Shown here: positions 47,602-56,492 of the stretch, in pieces
Numbering within the stretch: the first letter of the stretch is position 1
Layout: each line of letters opens with the position of its first letter
NCBI GenBank assembly: GCA_947589705.1
Contig: CANQCO010000001.1
Coordinates: 1 to 58,973, forward strand
Direction: 5' to 3'
DNA from: Candidatus Gastranaerophilales bacterium
GTDB taxonomy: Bacteria; Cyanobacteriota; Vampirovibrionia; Gastranaerophilales; Gastranaerophilaceae
DNA length: 58,973 bases
Notes under the pieces: generated by a model
What the model was told of the DNA's origin: nothing
Seen by the model: the letters and a program-made list of their open reading frames with translations, nothing else
The model's database searches: none
Program-made: the position numbers and the translations under genes

Positions 47602-48279
47602 ATGAGAAGATTAACATATATAGGGCATAGTGCATTTTTAATAGAAAAAGATTGGGATTCAATCTTAATAGATCCTTTTATAACGGGAAATCCGTCTGCA
47701 GATTTTGATTATAAAAAAAAGAGAATAAGTCATATAGTTGTTACTCATGCTCATTTGGATCATTTAGGAGATGCCATAGCAATATCAAAGAATACGGGAG
47801 CGCCAATAATAGCTGTAGTTGAACTGGCACAATACTGTGCACGTCAAGGAGCAAGAACAATAGGATTGAATATCGGCGGATGTTTAAAGTTTAATTGGGG
47901 AAGCCTTAGATTTTTGGGGGCAAATCACTCAAGTTCAAATCCGGACATAGAATATGGCGGTCCTGCTGCGAGTGTTTTGTTTGATATTGACGGAACAACA
48001 ATTTTTCACGCAGGTGATAGCGGATTAATTAGTGAATACTCTATAATAGGAGAAATGTATAATCCGTATTATGCCTTGTTACCTATAGGCGGATATTATA
48101 CAATGGATATAAATGAGGCTGCTATGGCGGCTAAAATGCTTTATGCCATGGAAATAATTCCTATGCACTATAATACGTTTAATAATATTAAAGCTGATGT
48201 TCAAAGTTTTAAAGATAAAATTGAAGCTCAAGGACAAAAATGTCTGCCGTTAAAACCTAATGAATATGTTGAATTATAA
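47602..48279 (+). CDS. UPF0173-type metal-dependent hydrolase (metallo-beta-lactamase fold)
   Basis: YIGHSAFLIE, DPFITGNP and THAHLDHLGDA (HxHxDH) blocks. 225 aa. Confidence 0.7.
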   Translation: MRRLTYIGHSAFLIEKDWDSILIDPFITGNPSADFDYKKKRISHIVVTHAHLDHLGDAIAISKNTGAPIIAVVELAQYCARQGARTIGLNIGGCLKFNWGSLRFLGANHSSSNPDIEYGGPAASVLFDIDGTTIFHAGDSGLISEYSIIGEMYNPYYALLPIGGYYTMDINEAAMAAKMLYAMEIIPMHYNTFNNIKADVQSFKDKIEAQGQKCLPLKPNEYVEL

Positions 48280-49270
48280 ATATAACAAAAAACCAATAAT
48301 AGCAATGGTAGTACCTACTGGAATAGGCGCATCTATAGGCGGTTATGCAGGTGATGCTTCATTGACTGCACGTGAATTGAGTAAAGATTTTAAAGTTATC
48401 GTCAATCCTAATGTTGTTAATGCTGCTTGTTTTTCGGGAATAAACAACAATATGCTCTACACGGAAGGGTGGGCATTAACGGAATTATTTAAAGGAAATT
48501 TGTCCTTAATTCAGTCTCAAAATAATAAAATAGGTGTTATTTTTGATAAAAGTATATCGAAAGGTATACTAAATGTTCATCTTAATACAATTAATGCCGT
48601 AAAAACAGTATATGGAGTTAATATAATCGGCTATGAAATAACAAAAGAAGAAGTTGGAGTGAATTTTTTTAATACATCAAGCGGGATTTCATCAGGAAGC
48701 GTAATGAACAATAAAACACTTATTGAAGCAGGAAAAAAACTTATAGAAAAAGGAGCAGAAGTGCTTGCCGTGGTATGTAAATTTGATGAACCACCTGAAG
48801 ATGACGGATATAAAGACGGTAATGGAGTTGACATAGTTGGCGGTATTGAAGCTGTCATTTCTCATTATATGACAAGAGAACTCAAAGTTCCTGTTGTACA
48901 TGCACCGGCGTTTGAAAATATAGATATTACAAAAGAATTAGTTGACTCTAAAGCAGCTGCGGAATACATAACTCCTACATTCCTTCCATGTTTACTAATC
49001 GCACTTTCTAATTCACCGTTATATTCATTTGAAAAAAGGGAACAACATATAAATAATAAAAATATAAAAGCTTTAATCATGCCTTTTAATGCGCTTGGTT
49101 CATCAATTGTTCTTGATGCCGTTAAAAATAATATTAAAGTATTTGCCGTAAAAGAAAACAAATCAGTTTTAAATATTACTAAAAATATTATTAATAAAAA
49201 TGATATAATAGAAACAGACACTTATATTGATTGTCAAAAAATATTAAAGGAAAAATTGAATGAGAATTAA
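48260..49270 (+). CDS. conserved hypothetical protein, possibly DUF3326-like
   Basis: N-terminal VVPTGIGASIGGYAGDA block matches my recollection of DUF3326 (cyanobacteria/plants). Unverified. Confidence 0.35.
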   Translation: MNMLNYKYNKKPIIAMVVPTGIGASIGGYAGDASLTARELSKDFKVIVNPNVVNAACFSGINNNMLYTEGWALTELFKGNLSLIQSQNNKIGVIFDKSISKGILNVHLNTINAVKTVYGVNIIGYEITKEEVGVNFFNTSSGISSGSVMNNKTLIEAGKKLIEKGAEVLAVVCKFDEPPEDDGYKDGNGVDIVGGIEAVISHYMTRELKVPVVHAPAFENIDITKELVDSKAAAEYITPTFLPCLLIALSNSPLYSFEKREQHINNKNIKALIMPFNALGSSIVLDAVKNNIKVFAVKENKSVLNITKNIINKNDIIETDTYIDCQKILKEKLNEN

Positions 49271-50309
49271 GAAAAAAGGATTTACATTAGGTGAAATTTT
49301 GGTTGTAATGATGATAATAGGCGTTATAATGGCGTTGTCTATACAATCTATAAGAATAGTTAAAACTTCATATACATCCTTAGCTTATTTTGCTTTTAGA
49401 AATATGCAGATTGCAACCAGAGATTTATATGGCGGTCAAACTGCAAAAACTGTAGCGGAAGATTCTGCAACTATTTTGTGTAGAAAAAGTAATGGTGTTA
49501 GTGTACATGTTTTTAAGCCTGATAGTGATGTAAAATATACAACAATTCCTAAATGTTCAGAATTACCTACCGATACTAATGATGCAACTAAAAATTTATG
49601 CAGTTTCATTGTAAAATCTTTAAATACAACAGGAAAAATAAACTGTACTAAACTTTATACCGCTTCAAAAGGTGAAGGCGGACTTGATCCTGAAATAACT
49701 AATATTGATGTATTAAATCCGAATTTTGTTACAACAAACGGACAAAGATATTTTTTAACAACCAGAACATTTAGTGAAAGTGTTTCAAAAGATTATGGCT
49801 ACAGACTTTTGGCTGTTGATTTGAATGGTAAAAGCAAACCTAATATAACTAAAAAAGATAGTAAAAAAATGCCTCCCGATATAGTTACTTTTATGTTGTT
49901 AGATAATGGTGAATTATACCCCTTGGGTATTGCTGCTGATAATATGGAATTAAATCAAGATACGAATATAAACTATATAAGTTCTAAAGCTAAAGGATAT
50001 TATTATTCTAATAATAAAGGACAAAACTCAGGAAATATACCAAAAGAATGTACGGTAAAAACAAAGTCCGGAACAAAACAAACGTGCGATTTTCGTGTCG
50101 TTTCTTTAAAAAACAGTAAAAATAAACTCGTATACGGTTATAGAGAAGCTTTATGTATGACCTTAGGCGAAGATGAAAAACTAACATTCGAAAATTATTG
50201 CTACAATACTTCAAGAAATCCTTTATGTCCGCCATCAAGTGAACAACAAAGATTTGATACTTGTGAAGTAGAGACTGTTAAACCAATGTTTAGATTCAAT
50301 TTGAATTAA
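49260..50309 (+). CDS. type IV pilin-like (prepilin N-terminal cleavage/methylation) protein with large Cys-rich C-terminal domain
   Basis: MRIKKKGFTLGEILVVMMIIGVIMAL: G|FTL.E class III signal plus hydrophobic helix. 349 aa. 10 Cys in the globular part. Confidence 0.7.
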   Translation: MRIKKKGFTLGEILVVMMIIGVIMALSIQSIRIVKTSYTSLAYFAFRNMQIATRDLYGGQTAKTVAEDSATILCRKSNGVSVHVFKPDSDVKYTTIPKCSELPTDTNDATKNLCSFIVKSLNTTGKINCTKLYTASKGEGGLDPEITNIDVLNPNFVTTNGQRYFLTTRTFSESVSKDYGYRLLAVDLNGKSKPNITKKDSKKMPPDIVTFMLLDNGELYPLGIAADNMELNQDTNINYISSKAKGYYYSNNKGQNSGNIPKECTVKTKSGTKQTCDFRVVSLKNSKNKLVYGYREALCMTLGEDEKLTFENYCYNTSRNPLCPPSSEQQRFDTCEVETVKPMFRFNLN

Positions 50310-50315
50310 AAATAA

Positions 50316-50344
50316 AGAAACCGCTTTTATAAGCGGTTTCTTTT
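50316..50344. terminator. bidirectional Rho-independent terminator between the convergent pilin-like gene and ileS
   Basis: AGAAACCGCTT-TTAT-AAGCGGTTTCT gives a perfect 11-bp stem with a 4-nt loop, flanked by an A-run upstream and a T-run downstream. Confidence 0.85.
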
Positions 50345-50349
50345 AAATT

Positions 50350-53190
50350 TTATTGTGTTATTGCTTCGTAGCAGTCATCACATATAGTTTCGTAACCAAT
50401 GTGATTACCTAAAGGTCTATATTTCCAGCAGCGTTCACATTTTTCACCAAGCGCTTTTGTTACATAGACTTTGTATTCATCTTCAAAGTACTCATTCATT
50501 ACGTTATCAGGTTTTTCATTAACAATGAAAGCCTGAGACGTAATAAATATATTGCAGAGTTCTTTTTCATATTTTTTAAGCAGCTCTTTTTTATCAGAGA
50601 TTATATAAACAGCTGTTTCTAAAGAACTTCCTATAAGTTTATCTGCTCTTAAAGGTTCTATTGCTTTAGTAACAATTTCTCTAAGTTTAAGGATTTGAGT
50701 AAATTCTTCTTCCAATTGAGGGTTGTTCCATTCATTATTAACTGAGGGCCAAGCGGAGAGGAGGATACTTTCTAAGCCGTTTCTTTGGCATTCGGGTGTA
50801 TTTTGCCAGATGTCTTCTGCCTGATGGGGCATAACGGGAACTAATATTCTTGTGAGCGCTTGAGCTATTTCATATAATACGCTCTGGCATGCACGTCTTG
50901 AAAGTGATTTTTTCCCGCTTGTATATAATCTGTCTTTTACAATATCCAAATAGAATGAACTTAAATCAACCGCAGCAAAGTTTTGCAGGTATTGGAAATA
51001 TTTGTAAAATTCATAAGATTCAAAAGCCTCTGTAACATTTTCAATCAAAGTATTTAATTTATGAAGGGCAAATTTATCAATAGCTTTTAAATCTTCATAT
51101 TTGACATAATCTTTAGCTGGATCAAAATCATAGAGATTACCGAGTAAAAATCTTGCTGTGTTTCTTGTCTTTTTAAAGATTTCGGTAAGCTGTTTTATTA
51201 TATTATCTCCGATTTTTACGTCATTTCTGTAGTCTATTGAAGCAGCCCAAAGTCTTAAAATATCAGCTCCATAGTTTTTTATAATATCATCGGGTCTGAT
51301 GTAGTTACCCAGTGACTTAGACATTTTTCTTCCGTCTTCGCCAAAAACAAAGCCGTGAGTAAGAACTTGTTTATAAGGAGCCTTCCCTGTTGTAGCTACA
51401 GAGGTTAAAAGAGAGGATTGGAACCAGCCTCTATGCTGGTCTGAACCTTCTAAATACATATCAACCGGAGTATGACCGAGTTCATCCGAACGGCACTCAA
51501 CGACTGCTCTCCAAGAAACACCTGAGTCAAACCAAACGTCCATAATATCTTTTTCTTTTCTAAAGTGAGTTTTCCCGCATTTAGGGCATTTAAAACCTTT
51601 AGGCAGAAGTTCTTCAGCGCTGTGGTTAACCCAGGCATCAGAGCTTTCTTTTGAAAATATTTGTGCGATATTTTCTATGGTTTCATCCGTGCAGATAACT
51701 TCCCCGCAGTCCTCGCAGTAAAATACGGGAATAGGAACTCCCCAAGCTCTTTGACGTGAAATACACCAGTCGGTTCTTCCTTCAACCATATTGCCTATTC
51801 TGCTTTCGCCACTTGCAGGAATCCATTTTACATTTTTTATGGCGTCCATAGCTTTATCTCTGAATTTATCAACTTTGACAAACCATTGAGGAGTAGCCCT
51901 GTAAATAACGGGATTTTTACATCTCCAGCAATGCGGGTAGCTATGATTTATATCAGCTTTTTTTAGAAGTGCTTTATTTGCTTCAAGTTTCTGTATAACT
52001 ATTTCATTACCTTTATAATATGGAACTCCGATTAAATCAGCGTCATAAAACATATCGGATTTTTGCCACATACCTTTTGAATCCAAAGGAGAAAATGTCG
52101 GTATTGAATATTTTTGGCATACTTCCCAGTCTTCAAGACCGTGACCGGGAGCAGTATGAACACATCCCGTACCGGCATCCAATGTAACGTGGTCACCAAG
52201 AATCAATTTGCTTTCTCTGTTATATAACGGGTGTATTGCACTCATATTCTCAAGTTCGGCACCTTTTAAAGTCGCAAGAACTCTTATTTCGGATTCTTCC
52301 CATTCTACATCCTTTAAAAATGCACTCATTAGGTCTGTTGCAACTATATAGTTATCATTTTTATAACTGAACATTGTATATTCAAATTTTGCATTTAAAC
52401 ATACAGCCAAATTTGAAGGAATTGTCCAAGGGGTTGTTGTCCAAATAATCACATATAAATCATTTTCGGATTTTGCATTAACAAGATTATAAACTTTATT
52501 TTTATCTGTTTCATTGAACTTAAATCTTACATAGATACTTGTTGAAGTATGGTCAGCATATTCAACTTCGGCTTCAGCAAGAGCTGTTTCACAAGATGCA
52601 CACCAATAAACAGGTTTTAACCCCTTTTCTATGTATCCTTTTTTGTACATTTCGCCAAAAACTCTTATTTGTTCGGCTTCATATTCAGGAGCAATTGTTA
52701 AATAAGGGTTAGCCCAGTTACCGAGAACTCCGAGTCTTTTAAATGCAGCTTCTTGACCTTTTAAGCTGTTTTGTGCATATTCTCTGCATTTTTGTCTTAA
52801 TTCACCTTCCGTAACAGAATATCTTCCGCCTTTAAGTGTTTTAACAACGGCATTTTCAATAGGAAGACCGTGAGCGTCATACCCCGGAACATAAGGTGTA
52901 TAGCAGCCTTTTTGAGATTTATATTTAATAATAATATCTTTTAAAATTTTGTTTAATGCCGTTCCTACATGGATTTTATCGGAACTCAAATAAGGAGGAC
53001 CGTCATGCAGAACAAATTTATTTGTCTTATCTCTTTGTCCTATATTTTTTTCATATATTTTATTATCTTCCCAAAACTTTTGAGTCAGAGGTTCTTTTTG
53101 AGTCGCATTTGCTCTCATCTCCAGAGTAGTTTTAGGCAAATTTATACTGTCTTTATAATCTTTCTTCGTAGTCTCTGTCATAATATCCAC
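50350..53190 (-). CDS. ileS: isoleucyl-tRNA synthetase
   Basis: Class I motifs (GPPYLSSDKIHVGTALN as a HIGH variant, KMSKS in RKMSKSLGN), CP1 editing insert, and C-terminal zinc fingers CERCW...CDDC. 946 aa. Confidence 0.9.
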   Translation of the reverse strand: MDIMTETTKKDYKDSINLPKTTLEMRANATQKEPLTQKFWEDNKIYEKNIGQRDKTNKFVLHDGPPYLSSDKIHVGTALNKILKDIIIKYKSQKGCYTPYVPGYDAHGLPIENAVVKTLKGGRYSVTEGELRQKCREYAQNSLKGQEAAFKRLGVLGNWANPYLTIAPEYEAEQIRVFGEMYKKGYIEKGLKPVYWCASCETALAEAEVEYADHTSTSIYVRFKFNETDKNKVYNLVNAKSENDLYVIIWTTTPWTIPSNLAVCLNAKFEYTMFSYKNDNYIVATDLMSAFLKDVEWEESEIRVLATLKGAELENMSAIHPLYNRESKLILGDHVTLDAGTGCVHTAPGHGLEDWEVCQKYSIPTFSPLDSKGMWQKSDMFYDADLIGVPYYKGNEIVIQKLEANKALLKKADINHSYPHCWRCKNPVIYRATPQWFVKVDKFRDKAMDAIKNVKWIPASGESRIGNMVEGRTDWCISRQRAWGVPIPVFYCEDCGEVICTDETIENIAQIFSKESSDAWVNHSAEELLPKGFKCPKCGKTHFRKEKDIMDVWFDSGVSWRAVVECRSDELGHTPVDMYLEGSDQHRGWFQSSLLTSVATTGKAPYKQVLTHGFVFGEDGRKMSKSLGNYIRPDDIIKNYGADILRLWAASIDYRNDVKIGDNIIKQLTEIFKKTRNTARFLLGNLYDFDPAKDYVKYEDLKAIDKFALHKLNTLIENVTEAFESYEFYKYFQYLQNFAAVDLSSFYLDIVKDRLYTSGKKSLSRRACQSVLYEIAQALTRILVPVMPHQAEDIWQNTPECQRNGLESILLSAWPSVNNEWNNPQLEEEFTQILKLREIVTKAIEPLRADKLIGSSLETAVYIISDKKELLKKYEKELCNIFITSQAFIVNEKPDNVMNEYFEDEYKVYVTKALGEKCERCWKYRPLGNHIGYETICDDCYEAITQ

Positions 53191-53310
53191 CTATTTACTT
53201 TTACCATATAATATTGTAATATAAACAGGGTCAATAGTAAAAAAGTTATTAATATTAGTTCAAATATTGTAAAATGATATAATGCTAATTTAAATATTAA
53301 GGTAAGAGTT

Positions 53311-53883
53311 ATGAAAAAGAAAAATATAATTTTTATTTGTATATTTGTTATAATGGTATTATTTGTTATATCTAAATTCTTTTTCTACCTTCTTTACCAC
53401 GACAATTCAAAAAATGTTAACAAAGATGATTTTCAGACTAAACTGGAAAAATGTGTAGAAAATTTAGACGATGCTTTAAAAAAAAGCAGGGATATATTCC
53501 CAAGTTGTAAAACACAATACGAATTTGCCAGACTTTGGGTTTACGGTTTAAGGGTTTCAAATGTTGAAAATATGATTATTCCTGAAGCTATATCAGTAGA
53601 TTATACAAAAGATGAATTGAAAAATTATAATATTGAGGAAGAGTATTATTATAAACCGGTAGTACATACTTTTGACAGGACATCTTATTATCTGCTTAAG
53701 TTTGAACCTCTATGTCCAAATGTTGATTTGATAAATCCTTATAATTCAAGTTGTATTATTACAATCGATGTAAACGATTTTAAAACACCTAATAATAAAG
53801 GTGAGGACAGGTTTGATTACATTTTTGACGGAACTGATTATAAATTGATTTTCATAAAAGAGCTTCTTGAAAATAAACAATAA
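53311..53883 (+). CDS. membrane-anchored hypothetical protein (190 aa)
   Basis: N-terminal TM/signal anchor IIFICIFVIMVLFVISKFFFYLL. No other motif. Confidence 0.4.
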   Translation: MKKKNIIFICIFVIMVLFVISKFFFYLLYHDNSKNVNKDDFQTKLEKCVENLDDALKKSRDIFPSCKTQYEFARLWVYGLRVSNVENMIIPEAISVDYTKDELKNYNIEEEYYYKPVVHTFDRTSYYLLKFEPLCPNVDLINPYNSSCIITIDVNDFKTPNNKGEDRFDYIFDGTDYKLIFIKELLENKQ

Positions 53884-53963
53884 TAATATCGTCATCTTTT
53901 TAAATACTTGTTTAGTATTTATGTATTTAGTATCATTATATAGATACGTTTAAGGAGATAGTT

Positions 53964-56234
53964 ATGACAGCCGAAACATTAGAACAGGAATTATTTAAAT
54001 CCGTAGAAAATAATACTCCAGATTACATAAAAAATAATAAATACATTAATCTTGATAATAAAAATGAATTTGTTTTTATTTTGAAAAAAGAACATTTATT
54101 GCCTTATGATGAAACAAAAAACCCTGAGGGGTTAGACTTAAATAACTGGTTAAAAAATTATGAAAAAGAAGCTGCCGTTTCAACGGCTGGTATCAGGGGT
54201 CCGCAAAATATTTTATACCCTTATGATGTAAGATTTCCAATAAATATTATGGGAATTATGCTTGCAACATACGCTAAAGCTCTTGTCGCAAAAGAAAAAT
54301 ACAATGGTAAAAAGCTTTTAAAACTTGCAGGGCGAGAAGTAAGATATAATTCGGATAAATTTCTCGATTTAATAGCAAGAGTTCAGGCTGCTCAAGGCAT
54401 TGAAACACTTACTACTTATGAAAGAAAAACAATGCCTATATGGCTTGCTTCTTTTTTATGTTTTAAACTTGATTTACTCGGAGGAGAATATATAACCTCA
54501 AGTCACGGTATCAGCGTAAAAAATGCAACAAAAGACCTTAACTCTCAAGGCAGTCAGTATCTTCCCGAAGAATCCATGGAGTTTGTCAATAAGATAAAAG
54601 AAATTTTTAATATTGTTCAAAAAGAAGGCAGATACGAAATAAAAATTGCAAAATCCGATGACAAATTCATAAACGAAAGCTTTATGAAAACTATCAATAA
54701 CGGTATTGATTTATATAGAGAGTATCTTGAACAAGGAGTTGCGAATAAAGAAAATATTGATTTAATAAAATCAGCTAAGAAAAAAATTATAATAGAAAAT
54801 GTTGGCGGAAGCGCATTTAATACTTTAAGTAAAATTTTAGAATCATTTAAAATAAGTGAAAAATTTGTATGGCAAAATATTGAAGAAGACCCGTTTTTCC
54901 ACGGTATCGGGAAATATGATAAAGACCCTAAAGGAAAAAAATGTTTCTATGATTACTCTGTTGACGCAACTGTTATAGCTAAAAATAAAGAAGGCAAAGC
55001 ATATTTCCCCGTTATAGATACGCTTAATTATCAGGAAAAACTTAAAAGTTATCCAAAAGGTACAGTTGTATTAATAACAGACCCCGACCATGACAGGCTT
55101 ACGGTTTGCCAGATTGAAGAAAAAGAAAAAATACCGTTTTTGGACAAAACGGGTATAAGCTACTCAATGCTTGAATCAAACAGAATCTTATGTGTTTATA
55201 CGGCAAATCAATCATTTTTATTAATAATGGATTTTTGGGCAAAGCAATTAAAATCAGCTGATAAATGGAATAACCACCCGAGATTCATAATAAAAACAAC
55301 AGCCAGTGCTAAATCTTGGGATGAATGGGCAAAATATAACGGAGTAAAGGTAGTTAATGTACCTGTCGGTTTTAAGGAAATCGCAAATATTATGAAGAAA
55401 ACAGAACAGCAGCTGATAAATAACCCCGAAAAAGACGTTATAATAACTGATGTCTTAGGAAACGACATAAATTTGGGCAAGAACCCGAGAATGCTCTTTG
55501 GCGGTGAAGAATCAGGCGGAATGATTATAGGAAGCGAGGAGCTGATAAAATCAAAATCCGGAAGAATTGCAATAGCCATGAGAGAAAAGAGCGCTTCTGA
55601 AGCAATAATTATAGCCTCCGCTATGGCAGCTAAGCTTGAAAATGAAAATAAAATGCTTTCTGAAGCTCTTGATGAAATATTTACAGCCAATAAAATTATA
55701 GCTAAATATGATATGAGGGAAGATATTGCATACTATAATGAATCGGAACCCGATATAAATAAACTTACACAGGCAAAAAAAGACGGGGAAGCATTAAGAA
55801 CAAAGAATGATTTATTCTATCTTACAATGGCTCTTGCGGAGTTTGACGGAATAATCTCGCTTAATCAGGTAAAATCCATTTTAAAATCGACTTTTAAAAC
55901 TCTTAATTTTGATAATCTAACCGATGTTAAATTTGTAGGCGATGGAACATACCTTCAATTTACGGATAAATTTATAGAAATAAGACCGTCAGGTACCGAC
56001 GCTAAAACAAAAGCATACGGTTCAGGAAGCAACAGAAGTGATATATCTGAATTTGCAAGAATATTAGGTAATTATTCGGGAGACTTGAATGATGAATATC
56101 TTGCCTTAATTCCAAAAGATTATTACAATAATGCTAAAGAAAAATCAATGAAGGAATATTTAAAATTCACTGATAAAGACGCAGATAAAAGAATTTTTGA
56201 AATTCCTGATTATAATAAGACACTAAATATATAA
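53964..56234 (+). CDS. alpha-D-phosphohexomutase superfamily protein (PGM/PMM-like), divergent and long (756 aa)
   Basis: Ordered motifs: phosphoserine loop ITSSHGIS, metal loop ITDPDHDR (DxDxDR), sugar loop GGEESGG, phosphate loop RPSGTDAKTKAY. Confidence 0.65.
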   Translation: MTAETLEQELFKSVENNTPDYIKNNKYINLDNKNEFVFILKKEHLLPYDETKNPEGLDLNNWLKNYEKEAAVSTAGIRGPQNILYPYDVRFPINIMGIMLATYAKALVAKEKYNGKKLLKLAGREVRYNSDKFLDLIARVQAAQGIETLTTYERKTMPIWLASFLCFKLDLLGGEYITSSHGISVKNATKDLNSQGSQYLPEESMEFVNKIKEIFNIVQKEGRYEIKIAKSDDKFINESFMKTINNGIDLYREYLEQGVANKENIDLIKSAKKKIIIENVGGSAFNTLSKILESFKISEKFVWQNIEEDPFFHGIGKYDKDPKGKKCFYDYSVDATVIAKNKEGKAYFPVIDTLNYQEKLKSYPKGTVVLITDPDHDRLTVCQIEEKEKIPFLDKTGISYSMLESNRILCVYTANQSFLLIMDFWAKQLKSADKWNNHPRFIIKTTASAKSWDEWAKYNGVKVVNVPVGFKEIANIMKKTEQQLINNPEKDVIITDVLGNDINLGKNPRMLFGGEESGGMIIGSEELIKSKSGRIAIAMREKSASEAIIIASAMAAKLENENKMLSEALDEIFTANKIIAKYDMREDIAYYNESEPDINKLTQAKKDGEALRTKNDLFYLTMALAEFDGIISLNQVKSILKSTFKTLNFDNLTDVKFVGDGTYLQFTDKFIEIRPSGTDAKTKAYGSGSNRSDISEFARILGNYSGDLNDEYLALIPKDYYNNAKEKSMKEYLKFTDKDADKRIFEIPDYNKTLNI

Positions 56235-56249
56235 AAGAGAGGAAAAGCA

Positions 56250-56492
56250 ATGGCAGAAGAAGCAAAAATACTCGCAACAATACCGAGAAACGCAACAGAA
56301 CAACTTCAAATAAGTATAAATTCATATAAAGAAAAGAAATATCTTGATTTAAGAATATACTACACAACTGATGACGGTGCAAATTGGCTTCCGACCAAAA
56401 AAGGTGTAACAGTATCACCCGATAATCTTATGACATTAAAAGATGCGGTTGAACAAGCTATGCAAGAACTGTTAACAGTTGAAGAAGAATAA
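56250..56492 (+). CDS. PC4/YdbC-like small ssDNA-binding protein (DUF2128-type)
   Basis: 80 aa. The pattern L.ISIN.YK.KKYLDLR.YY..DDG..WLPTKKGV.VS...L..L..A resembles bacterial PC4-like YdbC proteins. The stop overlaps the priA ATG (TAATG). Confidence 0.5.
   Translation: MAEEAKILATIPRNATEQLQISINSYKEKKYLDLRIYYTTDDGANWLPTKKGVTVSPDNLMTLKDAVEQAMQELLTVEEE

Noticed and set aside
55208-55690. 160-aa ORF on the minus strand inside the phosphohexomutase-like gene. Similar antisense ORFs occur at 56905-57534, 17538-17921, 22748-23176, 48865-49221, 48631-48858, 16185-16478, 13636-13902, 9288-9536, 44122-44415, 34249-34593, 31917-32255 and 28231-28500.
   Set aside because: All lie fully or largely inside longer ORFs with clear family motifs on the other strand. 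Their translations are low-complexity (S/F/L/I-rich) and they lack SD sequences. They look like typical shadow ORFs of Lys/Glu/Asn-rich coding regions.
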